Source: Epiperipatus broadwayi
Lineage: Eukaryota; Animalia; Onychophora
NCBI GenBank assembly: GCA_028023455.1
Contig: JAQFVV010000010.1
Location: 1,364,001-1,428,000, forward strand
Reading direction: 5' to 3'
DNA: 64,000 bases
Of the stretch, positions 38,062 through 49,852 are shown one piece after another. Position numbers and translations under genes: made by a program. Under the pieces are notes generated by a model. The model did no database searches. It had not been told where the DNA came from and saw only the letters and a program-made list of their open reading frames with translations. Position 1 is the first letter of the stretch. Each line of letters begins with the position of its first letter.

Positions 38062-41000
38062 TAATAATGTTTAAATTGTGAATATCATTGTTATATATAA
38101 TTAATACAAAAAATATTTAATCAAACAAAGAATTGAACTAGAATAATTGCCAATTTAATTAAACAAAATGTTTTGCACTTATAGGTAAATTATTCAAAAG
38201 CTAAAATATTCAATTTATTCGGAAATATTTTATCAGTGCACTGCTTGATCTTATTTTAAACTAATTGAGTTCATTTTAATACTTTTGAAAAATTTTATAC
38301 TTAATCAGCTGCAAATTTTTTTTTCTCTTCATTTAATATTATAATACATTTAAATTAATCCATATAAGTTAAGTTGTTACTTCAAAAATTATAAATTCTT
38401 CACTCATATAAAAATAAGTGTAAATACATATATATTTAAAATTATATGTAGATAAAAATAATTAATAAAGTTACATACCAGATATGTATATTTACAAGAA
38501 AAATTAATTAATAGAAATTTAAATCTGGGTGGAACTAAAGAAAATTTTTAAAGTACAACATTTTTCAAGCAGTTTTTTCAGATGGATAGCATATAGTCAA
38601 TCTATACAATCTTTGAATATGAGCTGATTAAATATCTGGCTGTTTTTAACTAGCATGTCAAGGAAGTTCCAGAAAATCTGGATTGGCCAAATAATTGCAA
38701 AAAAAAAAAAAAAACCAACAATAATACAATGCAAACAATGATAAAAACAATAAAATACACATACAAGCACAAAATCAGGTTTCAACTGCAACAAGCAAAA
38801 TTTAAAATATTTCTGAACAGATGAGATGAAAATATCTGTTAAGTCTAAAAAGAACTTGTGGAATAATACTATATTCAATTATATGCTTTCTAAATCTTGG
38901 ATAACTAAAAATTATATGTATCATAGTCATAAGACACTATAATATAACTTTTACATCAGGAGCATTCTAGAAATTCATGAAAATTAATAAAATTCTACAT
39001 TAGAAAATTCTGTTACCATAATAACTAGTTCCTAATATCAAGATAAGATAGTTCAAATGATTATAAATTACACCACTGATGCAATATGAATTCAGCTCTT
39101 AATAAATTTCTCCTTATTTAATTTTAGATTTCTATTTATAGCCAAATGTATTTTACATACAATTAATTCTTGCAATATCTAAAAAAAAAAAATTCTTTTT
39201 TTTAACACATAAATATTTAAAAATATATTAAAAAATATGGACATTCTTTTTATTAACATTACAATACAATTCTGTTTTTAGTCGTAATATCTCAAGATTT
39301 GCTATATTGTCAAAATAAAAAAAGTTCTTAAGATTGATGGCATAAAATGTATTGTAATTTATGTTTGCAATTAGTTAATTTCTCACATGAGTAAAAATAT
39401 CAATATTTTACTTTTTCTACTTAAGTCCCTCTCCCCCCATGAAAAAAAACCAATTGATTTTTTTCTATAAAATATTCTTTGCTTTACCACACATAAAAAA
39501 AAAAAAGCAACATGAATTTCTTATGATAGTTAACATCAGCCTAGAGACACTACATTAATAGGGTTAATCAAAAATCAGATCAGCTTCTGGCCTTCTTCAG
39601 TAGACAGTTTGAATAGCTCAATCACTAACCAACTTTAATATTCAAGCTAATGACATAAAAGTTTCAGCCCTTTATGGTTTTGAATCCAAACATTGATAAA
39701 TAATTCTGGTACTGGTTTAATAAATATTTTAATGACCTCATTTATTTGATAAGTGTGGAATTTCTAACTCTTTTGCAAAATTATTGATATATACCAAAAA
39801 TAAAGCACCACATGACTTTCCAAAATTAGTTAATATCAGTATTAACAATAATTTGTATCACTCTATTCTAGAACTTTTTATGAAAGCATGAGCAATCAGT
39901 AGGCGACCAGCATCAACTATTGATGATATTCAGTGAGAGTATCCATACTCTGGTGTTTATTGATTATTTATATTGGCTTAGATAATTCTAGAAGTGTTAA
40001 TGAAGATATTAAATATAAAACTCATGACTTTTTTTCTTCACAACAGCCCTTCTTCAAAAAATGCTAGTATTGTATAGACTTCAAATATGTAGTTGCAGAT
40101 TTAGATCTATATAAGTAGACAAAAAAATAGGCATAGATTACAAATCTTAAGTGTTAAAACTTTCAAATTATTACTTTAAATCGTATAACAAAATAAAGGA
40201 TGCAAAATGAGTATATACAATTCAGTGCTCCTCACTTAAAAAATAAATCACCAAATAATCTAAAGGTTGGTATGATATGCTTACATAGATGGCTGTAGAA
40301 CAGTGAGTAATATGGATTATTGTGACTAATGCAGGATTTTTTTTTACTGATTTTATATGCTGCCATTTATGGGTGAATGAAAACTATTAATCATTTTCTT
40401 GTGTAATTGATAAAAATCCATTCACCCTATATTAAAATTTCAACAATTACTGTACATCTACATTCCCATTTCTGATCAAATAGATCTGATCTTTCTGATG
40501 TATGTTCATAGTTTACTGATAATTCATATAGTGTTACTAATTCCTTTTTTTCAATCCTATTTTTATTTAGAATATATATTGCATTGCTTTGTTGATTATC
40601 AAAATGAGTTTATCACTTATATTTAATTAATAGTATATACATTTAATAGTTAACTGAATTCATCTAATTAATAATACTAAAAAGTGTGATTAGAAATATG
40701 AACATTATGATTAAATTTCATTTATATCTTGGACTGATACTATCATCTAGTTGAATTCAATTTTTTTTAAAAAAAAATTCGAAATTTGTTTATGCTTTCC
40801 AAAATATATTCAACTGTTAATAAAGGTCAGGATAATAATTTACAGATGAAAGTATTTAGAAAAATATAAAGTGAATTTTTCTAAAAACATTTAGTAATTC
40901 AAGCAGATGATGGATATAATCCAACATGTAACTATATATAAACTGCCACCGTCACAAACTTTCAGACAATCATGGCAGTTGTTTACAATTTAATACTTTC

Positions 41001-42089
41001 TTTTTAGTATTTCTGAATCTTTTTATTATTGTCTCAGAAATGTCATCATAATTCTCAAATAAACATAAATGAAAACTCAAATTTATAATTAACTACATCA
41101 AATTCACTGCACAAACTAATTGACCAATCTTAAAATTTTTTAATGTTCACCTATTAAATTAATATATATGCTTTTGTCTGAATATTATTTTTTTAATGTT
41201 TATTCATTAGCAACACATCATAATTTTGTAATCATTAGATTTCTAATATGAGTATTTTTTCTGATATTCCCATTTAAAAAAGATATTTTAACATTCTAAA
41301 GTTATGTATTTAGTACAAAATGCATCAATTTTTATTATTTAAAATCTATGTCAGTATGTAAGACGAATTTATAAAATGACCATATTTAAGACATTTTGTC
41401 ATATCTAAAGTACATTCAGTAATTTGACTAAATTTTTATTTGCAATAAATACGACCTTACTTTAGTCACAATAATGACTTATTTCATAAAAATTGGGAAT
41501 TAAAAAACCCCCCAGAGATATGTGGTTAAAAGTGATGGAAATATAACAACAAGAAATTTTAAAATATATAAATTTGTTTATTTTTTTTTACAAATGAATA
41601 CATCTATGAATTGCCCAATCTTGTAATTTCTTCTAATTTTTCACTTAAGGAACAATACAATGGTTGCAGTTCATTATTCAAATGTCCAGATGAAATATCG
41701 GACTGGTTTTGCTAAAAAAAAAAAAAAAAGAAAGAAATAATGATAATAATGTCAGACATTGGCCATGCTCATTTTTATTTCCTAAATGTATGATTCTGAT
41801 TCAGGAGTTCTTTTTCAAGAAATCAAAATTATATCTTCAGGAAAACAATCTTATTAATTGCAAGCTTCTTAAAAATGATATATAATAAAAGCAGTTATCA
41901 AGCAATTTGAATGTAACAAAATGAATATACACATACTTTATGTATTGTATTACAATACATATAATATTGATATAATATTAATCTAAAATTTGATATATCA
42001 AACATTATTATAAAAAGACTAATATCAGAAAATATACAGAACTATTTAGTTTGATGGTAGAACACTCCCTATCAAGCTTGAAATTCAAA

Positions 42090-43365
42090 TCCAAGATGAT
42101 GAATTATTTTCATCATTTATTATTAAAGGTTGAATGTTTAGAAAATTTTAAATTTTATTTAAATTTTTCAAAAACAAACAAGTTATAATATCACACAAAT
42201 CGACAATACAAGTAGGTAATTACACATTTCAAATGTATTATTCTTGTTGGCCTGATCAGTGACAATGTTAGCATAGGAATTAAATTAACACCCTTAGATT
42301 CTTGAATATTGAATTTTAAGACAATGTGTTAATTAACTGAGTTATTCTGTCAAAGGCAGCAGTCAGGAAAAATTTCATATTTATCTACGAGGACAAATTC
42401 AAATCCTCTTGATCTCCCTAATTTTTTTTATTAATACTTTTTTCTAACCACAAGGTTAATTAGAGGCTTTTCAGACTTTATGTATTGCTACACTGGGTTG
42501 ACTTATAGGATTATTTGCCATTGTCATATGAACAGATTCATTGAATTTTATTTTTTCCACATTTTCCTCTTTATCCAATATTTTTGTATTTTCCCAATTG
42601 AACATATTTTCATTAGTATATACATGATCTGCTACTGTAGATATATCAGTTTTTTCTCTTTTAATCATTAGTTAGTGTTCTTTAAATTGCCATTCAACAG
42701 GGTGAAAGGGCTCATAAATAAACTTCTTTCTAAATTTGTGTATTTCATAAGCAGTTTTTGTTTTTCAGCACACCCAGTTTAGGCTTTGTAGAAGTTAGAA
42801 TTCTTCAAAGAGTAATATAGTTTTGGAAAACTGTTCTAATATTATATTGACTGCAGATTTTCTTTAATTTATCTGACATTCCTACAATATCAATAATTGC
42901 TTTTTCCTTTTGGTGGGGTTTTTTTTGTTGTTGTTGTTGTCTAGTAAAGATTTTCTTGATGACAGTTGAAAAATTACCAATCTTCAAGAGAATTTGTTCT
43001 AGGTAAATCTTTTCATTTTCCAAATCACTGATTACCAAACAAAATTCCTTTGCTGTTCCATAGTGATAGTATAATTTTATGTTTTGTGCTTCTGGTATGA
43101 TTGGATGTATATGCCACATGCTTGGCAGTGTGTGCTGGTTATCATTGTTTTTACTTTCCCTTGAGGGAGTCTTGTCACAAGAACATCTAAGAATGACAAT
43201 TTTTGTTCTCATTCTGATTTCATTATAAATTTAATTGATGGAGCTATATTGTTAATGTGAATCCAGAATAACTGTATTCTTGCTTCACAATGTAGGCATA
43301 CCACAAATCTATCAACATAACTAAGCCATACTTTAAGCAGAAATTGAGTAGTATTTATGGCTGTC
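42090..43365 (-). mobile_element. Third Penelope-like copy, 5'-truncated (RT end, GIY-YIG, 3' pLTR)
   Basis: KVWLSYVDRF RT motif near 43300; STVADHVYTNENMFNWENTKILDKE (42471-42668); 42090-42420 is the reverse complement of the pLTR at 2085-2450. Confidence 0.82.
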
Positions 43366-43399
43366 TAGATCAAGTTACAACCAAAAATTCTAAAAAAAA

Positions 43400-44700
43400 T
43401 TATTGGTTTATTTAAAGCAAATATTAATATTACTAATTCTTCTATCTAGTGAAGCTAGTTATTAAATTTATCCACTATTTTTTCCCATGCAAATTTTATA
43501 AATACAATTCTTATAAATTATATGTATCAAATTTTGTTTTATAATGATTAATGTTTCATTGAAAGAGATATATACACATGTAAAGTTAAGTTTTAAATAA
43601 TAATAGACAGAATAAAGATACAACATTAACTGTACAGTAATAAAATATTTTTGATATAATAGAAACTTTATTATTTCAGCTAGATACTTTAAACTATACT
43701 TGATAATAATATAAGGTTTTAGCATAATATTCAAACACATGGGTGAGTGTGCATGAATGTTTTATGTGGTTGAATGTATTTTAAAATGAAATATTTTAAC
43801 AAATTTATTATAAGTAATAATTGGATTTATTCAGCATGATGGGAACTTTAAAGAAACCAGAAGAAAATGAAAAGAAAAAATAATTTAATATTTTAACAAT
43901 ATTAAATCATTTATTTTATAAAACAAGAATGTCTATTTATTGCATTTTAATTATTAATTAATGTAATCTGGTATTTAATATTTTGAAAGAATATTTGCCC
44001 AAAATTTTTAAAAAATGAAATCACAAATTTTGGCACTATAAGCTTAGAAAATTTCCAAATATCACCTGCTTCTTGTTTCTAAGCAATAGTGGCAGAATAT
44101 TCGTGTAAAAATCTAAAAAATGAAGAATTTTGGTAAAATTTATGATCTCATTCATCATATGTATGACAGGAATCTATAAATACACCTATGTGTTAAAAAA
44201 TTGTTTAGTCTTTAATTAAATTTTGTGCAGAAGGACTGCATAGGATTTAAATTCAAAATTAGCCATCTTGGCATCCTGCACTGCCTCTCTAATGGCAAAT
44301 GTTCCTATATAGTGTCCTGAATGAAGAAACTACATGTCTAACAGTGTATATCATTCAATAATGAATTTAAAAAGAATGATAGCCAAATAATTGAATTTAA
44401 CTATAAAAACTTTCAAGAGTGCTTCATGGAATGTTACATTTTATTTGAATTGCATTGTTTATTCATCTCTCCAAAACAGATATTATTTGCTTGGAATTTA
44501 TATTTGCTATATCAACATAAAGCTTCAAATGAGTATATGTGGTTTAATGGAATGAATTGCTTTATATTATATTTACAAACAAATGAATTGCTTTATGTTA
44601 TATTTACAAATAAACTACCTAAAGTTTTGGATATTAGTTTCAAACTAATGCATCCAGTGGATTAATATACTGTTTAATACTACAATAATCTAATATTATG
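43400..44700. repeat. Diverged repeat unit, copy 1
   Basis: 43440-43740 matches 49165-49446 plus 49920-49950; 44050-44380 matches 49960-50200 and 56010-56360. Confidence 0.7.
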
Positions 44701-45039
44701 GATAATTATTACAAAAATGATTGTTAAGATTTATATTCATTGATATTTTGACTTCAGAAATATACTTAGAGAAGCCTTAGCAAAATAATTGTTGTGTTTA
44801 TACTGTCTAAGGAATATAAAACAAACAAGTATAAGCTTGTCAAATGTTGTTTGAAAACTGACCATTAATGGATTTTTATTTACTTACAAATGTAGTCTTC
44901 ATCCTTAAGATGTCAATAATTTAAAATTGTGAATATGTGGATAATTATTTCTTGGATATTTTTAAAGACTAAGAATTATAATTTTAAAGATACAATATAG
45001 TTATCAAATTTTTTAAATTTTATAATATTTAATGTTTAT

Positions 45040-48000
45040 TGTTCTATAAAACTTCTCAAAAAAAGATGTGATAAAGATAAAGGTAACATATTATATTTCA
45101 AAATAGAAATAAAGCAAATGAATAAAGACTTACAAATTAAAACTAAAGTAAAATTAAATGATGTAAAAAGAGACATAGAGAAAATAATAAATGAATCTAA
45201 GTTAGAATTAAAAGAAACTCGCAAATCCTAAGCTAAATTCAGAGGGGATATAAAAAAATTACAGATAGATGTGAAAAAAATGAATGGAAAATCTAAAATC
45301 TAGCCTGACCAAATAAGTAAAAACAATAAAAATATAACTGAAAAACTAAAAATCTTTTAAAAAAATTTAAATTTAAGCAACAAAGCTACATAGAAAAACA
45401 CATATAACATTTAAAGTGTTCTTTAATTAAAGAATGGAAGATTAAAGATATTAATATTAATTTAAGCAAATGCACTATAGCTGCAAAAGAAATTAATTTT
45501 CTTGGACATGTGATAAGAGTCCATGGTATTAAACCACATTATACTAAAATATCAGTTATTTAAAGTTTTCCACTACAGTTTTAATCCTCCTTTGGATTAT
45601 GTAACTTTTATCACAAATGGAAGTGGAATAACAACTACTCGCATGAATTTGAGTGCATAAAATCTAGATTTTTGAAGCAGGTTATTCTATCATACCCTGA
45701 TTTTAATAAAACTTTGTATGTACAAATCGATAGAAGTGGTTTTGGTCTAGGGGTTATACTATGTCAAGATAATGATCAGCAGAAACAAATAAATTTTTTA
45801 AGCCTTCTTAAAAATGCTGAATTGCACTACTCAACAACCGAGAAGGAAGCTCTGGCTGTCATATGGGCATTTCAAAAATTGTCAATTTTTTACTTGGGTC
45901 AAATGTAATTGTTCTCATTGACCACAAGAGCCTAAAAATTTTAAATAAAAGCTATTTAAATAATGAATGTTTAATTAGAAGGAATCTGTTCCTACAACAA
46001 TTTAATTACAAGATTCAGTATTATAAAAAAAAGTAAAAAAAAAACATTATAACAGATGTCTTTAGTCACCATACAATAGAAGTAAAAAAATTTTCATCCA
46101 GACTCAGAAAACATTACCATAACAGGCCTTAATTTAATGATTGCTGACACTATTTGAAATTAAGTCAGATTATTGCTAGTTTATCCAATAAATTAGAATC
46201 TGAAAGCAACAATAGATTGATCAGTAGATTAAGAAAAAAATATAAAATGTTATAAAACATGTTCATCTGAAAGACGGATGAAACCAATGATCAGTCTTTG
46301 GAAAGTAATTGTTCTCTCTGGCCTTAGAAATAAATTGATATACTATGTTCATTGTTTATATTATGGGCCTAAAAAAATTGAATATATTTTGAGAAAATTG
46401 TTCTACTGGCCTGGCATGTACACCTCAATAATGAATTGACTAAAATATTGTGAGATCTGTCTTAGATCAAAATACTCTAATATGTCATAGGCAGGAAAAC
46501 TCCAAACACATATTGTCAAATAGAACTAATGAAATCCTATCTATTGATTTCTATGGGCTCATCCCACCATTTAATAGATATAAATTCATCCTACTAACCA
46601 AGGATGTGTTCTCAAAATATGCAACCACGTATCCTGTTACTAAAGTTGATATCAAAGATGTTATAAAAAGCTTACAAAATTACCAATTTCCCCTAGTAAC
46701 AAAACCAAAATCTATATTAACAGATCACAATACCTCTTTTATATCCAACACATGGAAAAGATGGGTAGTGTAATATCTGCACTTACGACTGTGCCAAGGT
46801 TATAACTGCGAGTCATACTGTGCGGTCAGCAAATAACGTTATACAATTCCCATGCTGTTCTTTTCCAATGAAGCTCTCCAACGACTTGGTCTGCCACGAA
46901 GCTCTCCAAACGAATTGGTCTGCAACGATGCTCTCCAATGAATTGGTCTGCAACAAAGCTCAGCCACGGATGCTCTCCCACGAATGGTCTGCACCGACTG
47001 CTCTCCAATGAATGGTCTGCAAGCGGATGATCTCCAAACGCATGGTCTGCAACTTGCTACTGCGTGACTGTTCTCTACTGCTGTCTATATTGCACTGCTC
47101 GATGTTACCCAGTCTTCTTATCACTCTCTGACAACTGCAACGATTAATCAATGCACTGACCAATAAGGTAACGTCTCTTATCTAGAAACATTTGTAATTA
47201 GCAAATATTTCTAGGAATTGTCGATCGCCATTACATCAATGCACTAATTAAATTCCTCAGCTATCAGAGCGCGATCTAAAAACAGCCTTACGAATAAATT
47301 CTAGTTTTTCTGGAGTGCACAAAAATGTCTGCCATTTTTACAAACACTACACACCTCCCTCCACTCCAGAAAAACCCTTGTTGCTAACGTTACTAATTGG
47401 GATTGACATTTTCACCCGGTTTCTCCGTCTACGGCTAAACTTGTAGTTCAACGTATTCGCTACTCCCAGGTTCCAAATGCGACTGCGCCATTGTAATATC
47501 CGCACTTACGACTGTGCCAAGGTTATAACTGCGAGTCATACTGTGCGGTCAGCAAATAACGTTATACAATTCCCACGCTGTTCTTTTCCAACGAAGCTCT
47601 CCAACAACTTGGTCTGCCACAAAGCTCTCCAAACGAATTGGTCTGCAACGATGCTCTCCAATGAATTGGTCTGCAACGAAGCTCAGCCACGAATGCTCTC
47701 CCACGAATGGTCTGCACCGACTGCTCTCCAATGAATGGTCTGCAAGCGGATGCTCTCCAAACGCATGGTCTGCAACTTGCTACTGCGTGACTGCTCTCTA
47801 CTGCTGTCTATATTACACTGCTCGATGTTATCCAGTCTTCTTATCGCTCTCTGACAACTGCAACGATCAATCAATGCACTGACCAATAAGGTAACGTCTC
47901 TTATCTAGAAACATTTGTAATTAGCAAATATTTCTAGGAATTGTCGATCGCCATTATGTCAATGCACTAATTAAATTCCTCAGCTATCAGAGCGCGATCT

Positions 48001-48600
48001 AAAAACAGCCTTACGAATAAATTGTAGTTTTTCTGGAGTGCACAAAAATGTCTGCCATTTTTACAAACACTACAGGTAGAAAATCAAAATATTAAACACA
48101 AAATGAGCTCTATTCAAAATCCACAGTCCAATTCATTGGGCAGACTATTTAAAGTTTATTTACAAAGTAACCATAAAACTTGGGTCAACAAATTAAGAGA
48201 TAGGACATTATATTAATATGATTCAAAGCAAGTGCACTAAATTTTCACCCATTCAGTTACAATTTGGACAGAATAAACCATTATTAATAAAAACTCCACT
48301 TCCTATCATGAGACTGATATTAGCAAGCCATGATAAACTTGAAAAATATCAGTTGTAAATGAATATCTCAATCAACTCAACAAACATATGTATTTAAAGT
48401 TGATGGTTTTATTCTAGCACGCATCCCCGAGGCTATCAACTCACAAAATCACAAGTTAAAAATGTTTTAAATTTTATGAGAAATCTTTCCAAGTCAAAAG
48501 TAAAATAGGAGATAATGCATTGTTACTAGCAACTCTAAATAGAATACAAGCTACCTACAATGCATGATGTTTAAGGCATATGTCACATTTGTGATAGATG
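45040..48600 (+). mobile_element. Old degenerate Gypsy element, interrupted by a TRIM
   Basis: Coiled-coil gag (45050-45400), RT EINFLGHVI, RNase H ILSYPDFNK..YSTTEKEALAVIWA (45672-45908), integrase ILSIDFYG..KDVFSKY..ILTDH (46450-46768). The integrase resumes in frame after the TRIM as ENQNIKHKMSSIQNPQSN. Confidence 0.8.
46769..48074 (-). mobile_element. TRIM (terminal-repeat retrotransposon in miniature)
   Basis: 583-bp LTRs 46769-47351 and 47492-48074 (TGTAAT..ACTACA; 16 differences). The 140-bp non-coding interior has PBS TGGCGCAGTCG (47490-47480) and PPT GGAGTGGAGGGAGGTG (47367-47352). 5-bp TSD GGTAG. Confidence 0.93.
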
Positions 48601-49558
48601 TTTACATTTATTCTATAGTTTAAAATGGCTTATTTTCTATAAAAAACAACAACAAATTATTAGATGTAAGCATAACTAGGAAGTTGATATTTTGTAAAGA
48701 AGATTAAAAATTTATTGTATTGATAACGATGCATTTGGAGAAAATTAGATGAATAATTTAAGATAAATAAAATACTGTGCATTCCAGAATTATATGGTAA
48801 AAGTTTAAAATAATAACTCATTCATTAGAAACAATAATGTATATTATTAAAGAAAATGTTCCCCATTTCCCAAAAAAACAATTTATCAACTTTAATATTC
48901 AAAGGTCGATAAGTTTAAGATGTTAATATTATTATAGGCATTATGAACTTGATGCTACATTTATAAAATTATATAAGCTAAGAATCCCCCCTCCCCAGAA
49001 AAAAGTAAATGTAATAATATTTTTAATATCTAGATTAATAGTCACAACTATATACTGTATTCTAAAAAATTATTGGCTTATCAATAAAGCAAACAAATAT
49101 TATTGGTTATTACTATTATTAGTGTTGGAAATAAAATAATTGGAAGTAATATTAATATTATTATTTCTTCTACCTAGTAAAGCAAATTATTAAATTTACC
49201 CAAGATCTCTTTCCATGCAGATTTTATAAATACACAGGGACTTAAAAATTATATGCATCAAATTTTGCTTTATCATGATTAAAATTTCATTGAAAAAAAT
49301 ACATACATATGTAAAGTTAAGTTTGAAAAAATAATAGACAGAATAAAAGAATACAACATAAACTACAATAGGAATAAAATATTTAAAATTATTGTGGTAT
49401 ATTAATAACTTTATTATTTCAGTTAGACAATTTATACTTAATAGTATTGATAAAAAAATCAAGTCAGATGACCTAATTTTAATAAAGCTCGTATTTACAA
49501 ATGTTATATATAGAATAAGTTAAAAACAAACTCTTAACAAGCTTCAAAAATACCCTCA

Positions 49559-49600
49559 ACCTCAGACCGCGGTTTCTGCATCTAGCGTCATCAGTGAGGT
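49559..49600 (-). ncRNA. Minimal type I hammerhead ribozyme, core intact
   Basis: Exact reverse complement of 49811-49852. Confidence 0.85.
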
Positions 49601-49810
49601 GTTAGGGAATAAAAATACTAGAACTAGTCTAGCATTTTATCAATGCCTAACTATTGAGAAGAAAATCTGAAACCTTCAGACATTTAATGTCTGAAGGTTT
49701 CAGATTTTCTTCTCAATAGTTAGGCACTCATCTGAAGGTTTCAGATTTTCTTCTCAATAGTTAGGCATTGATAAAATGCTAGACTAGTTCTAGTATTTTT
49801 ATTCCCTAAC

Positions 49811-49852
49811 ACCTCACTGATGACGCTAGATGCAGAAACCGCGGTCTGAGGT
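49811..49852 (+). ncRNA. Minimal type I hammerhead ribozyme, core intact
   Basis: ACCTCA CTGATGA C GC TAGAT GC A GAAA C CGCG G TC TGAGGT: 6-bp helix I, complete CUGAUGA/GAAA/GUC core, palindrome ACCGCGGT in helix III. Predicted cleavage after C49846. Confidence 0.87.

Noticed and set aside
39575-39610. Family A-like CTGAAGAAGGCCAGAAGCT on the minus strand
   Set aside because: No GAAA or cleavage triplet follows and the flanks do not align convincingly; at most a very old fragment.
40266-40302. Candidate internal exon (AG..GTGAGT)
   Set aside because: Stop codons in all three frames.
46865-47055. CRISPR array
   Set aside because: The linkers are short and mutually similar, the block is duplicated as part of two LTRs, there are no cas genes, and the context is eukaryotic.
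46820-47886. Overlapping short ORFs on both strands
   Set aside because: By-products of the GC-richer repeat ladder in the TRIM LTRs.
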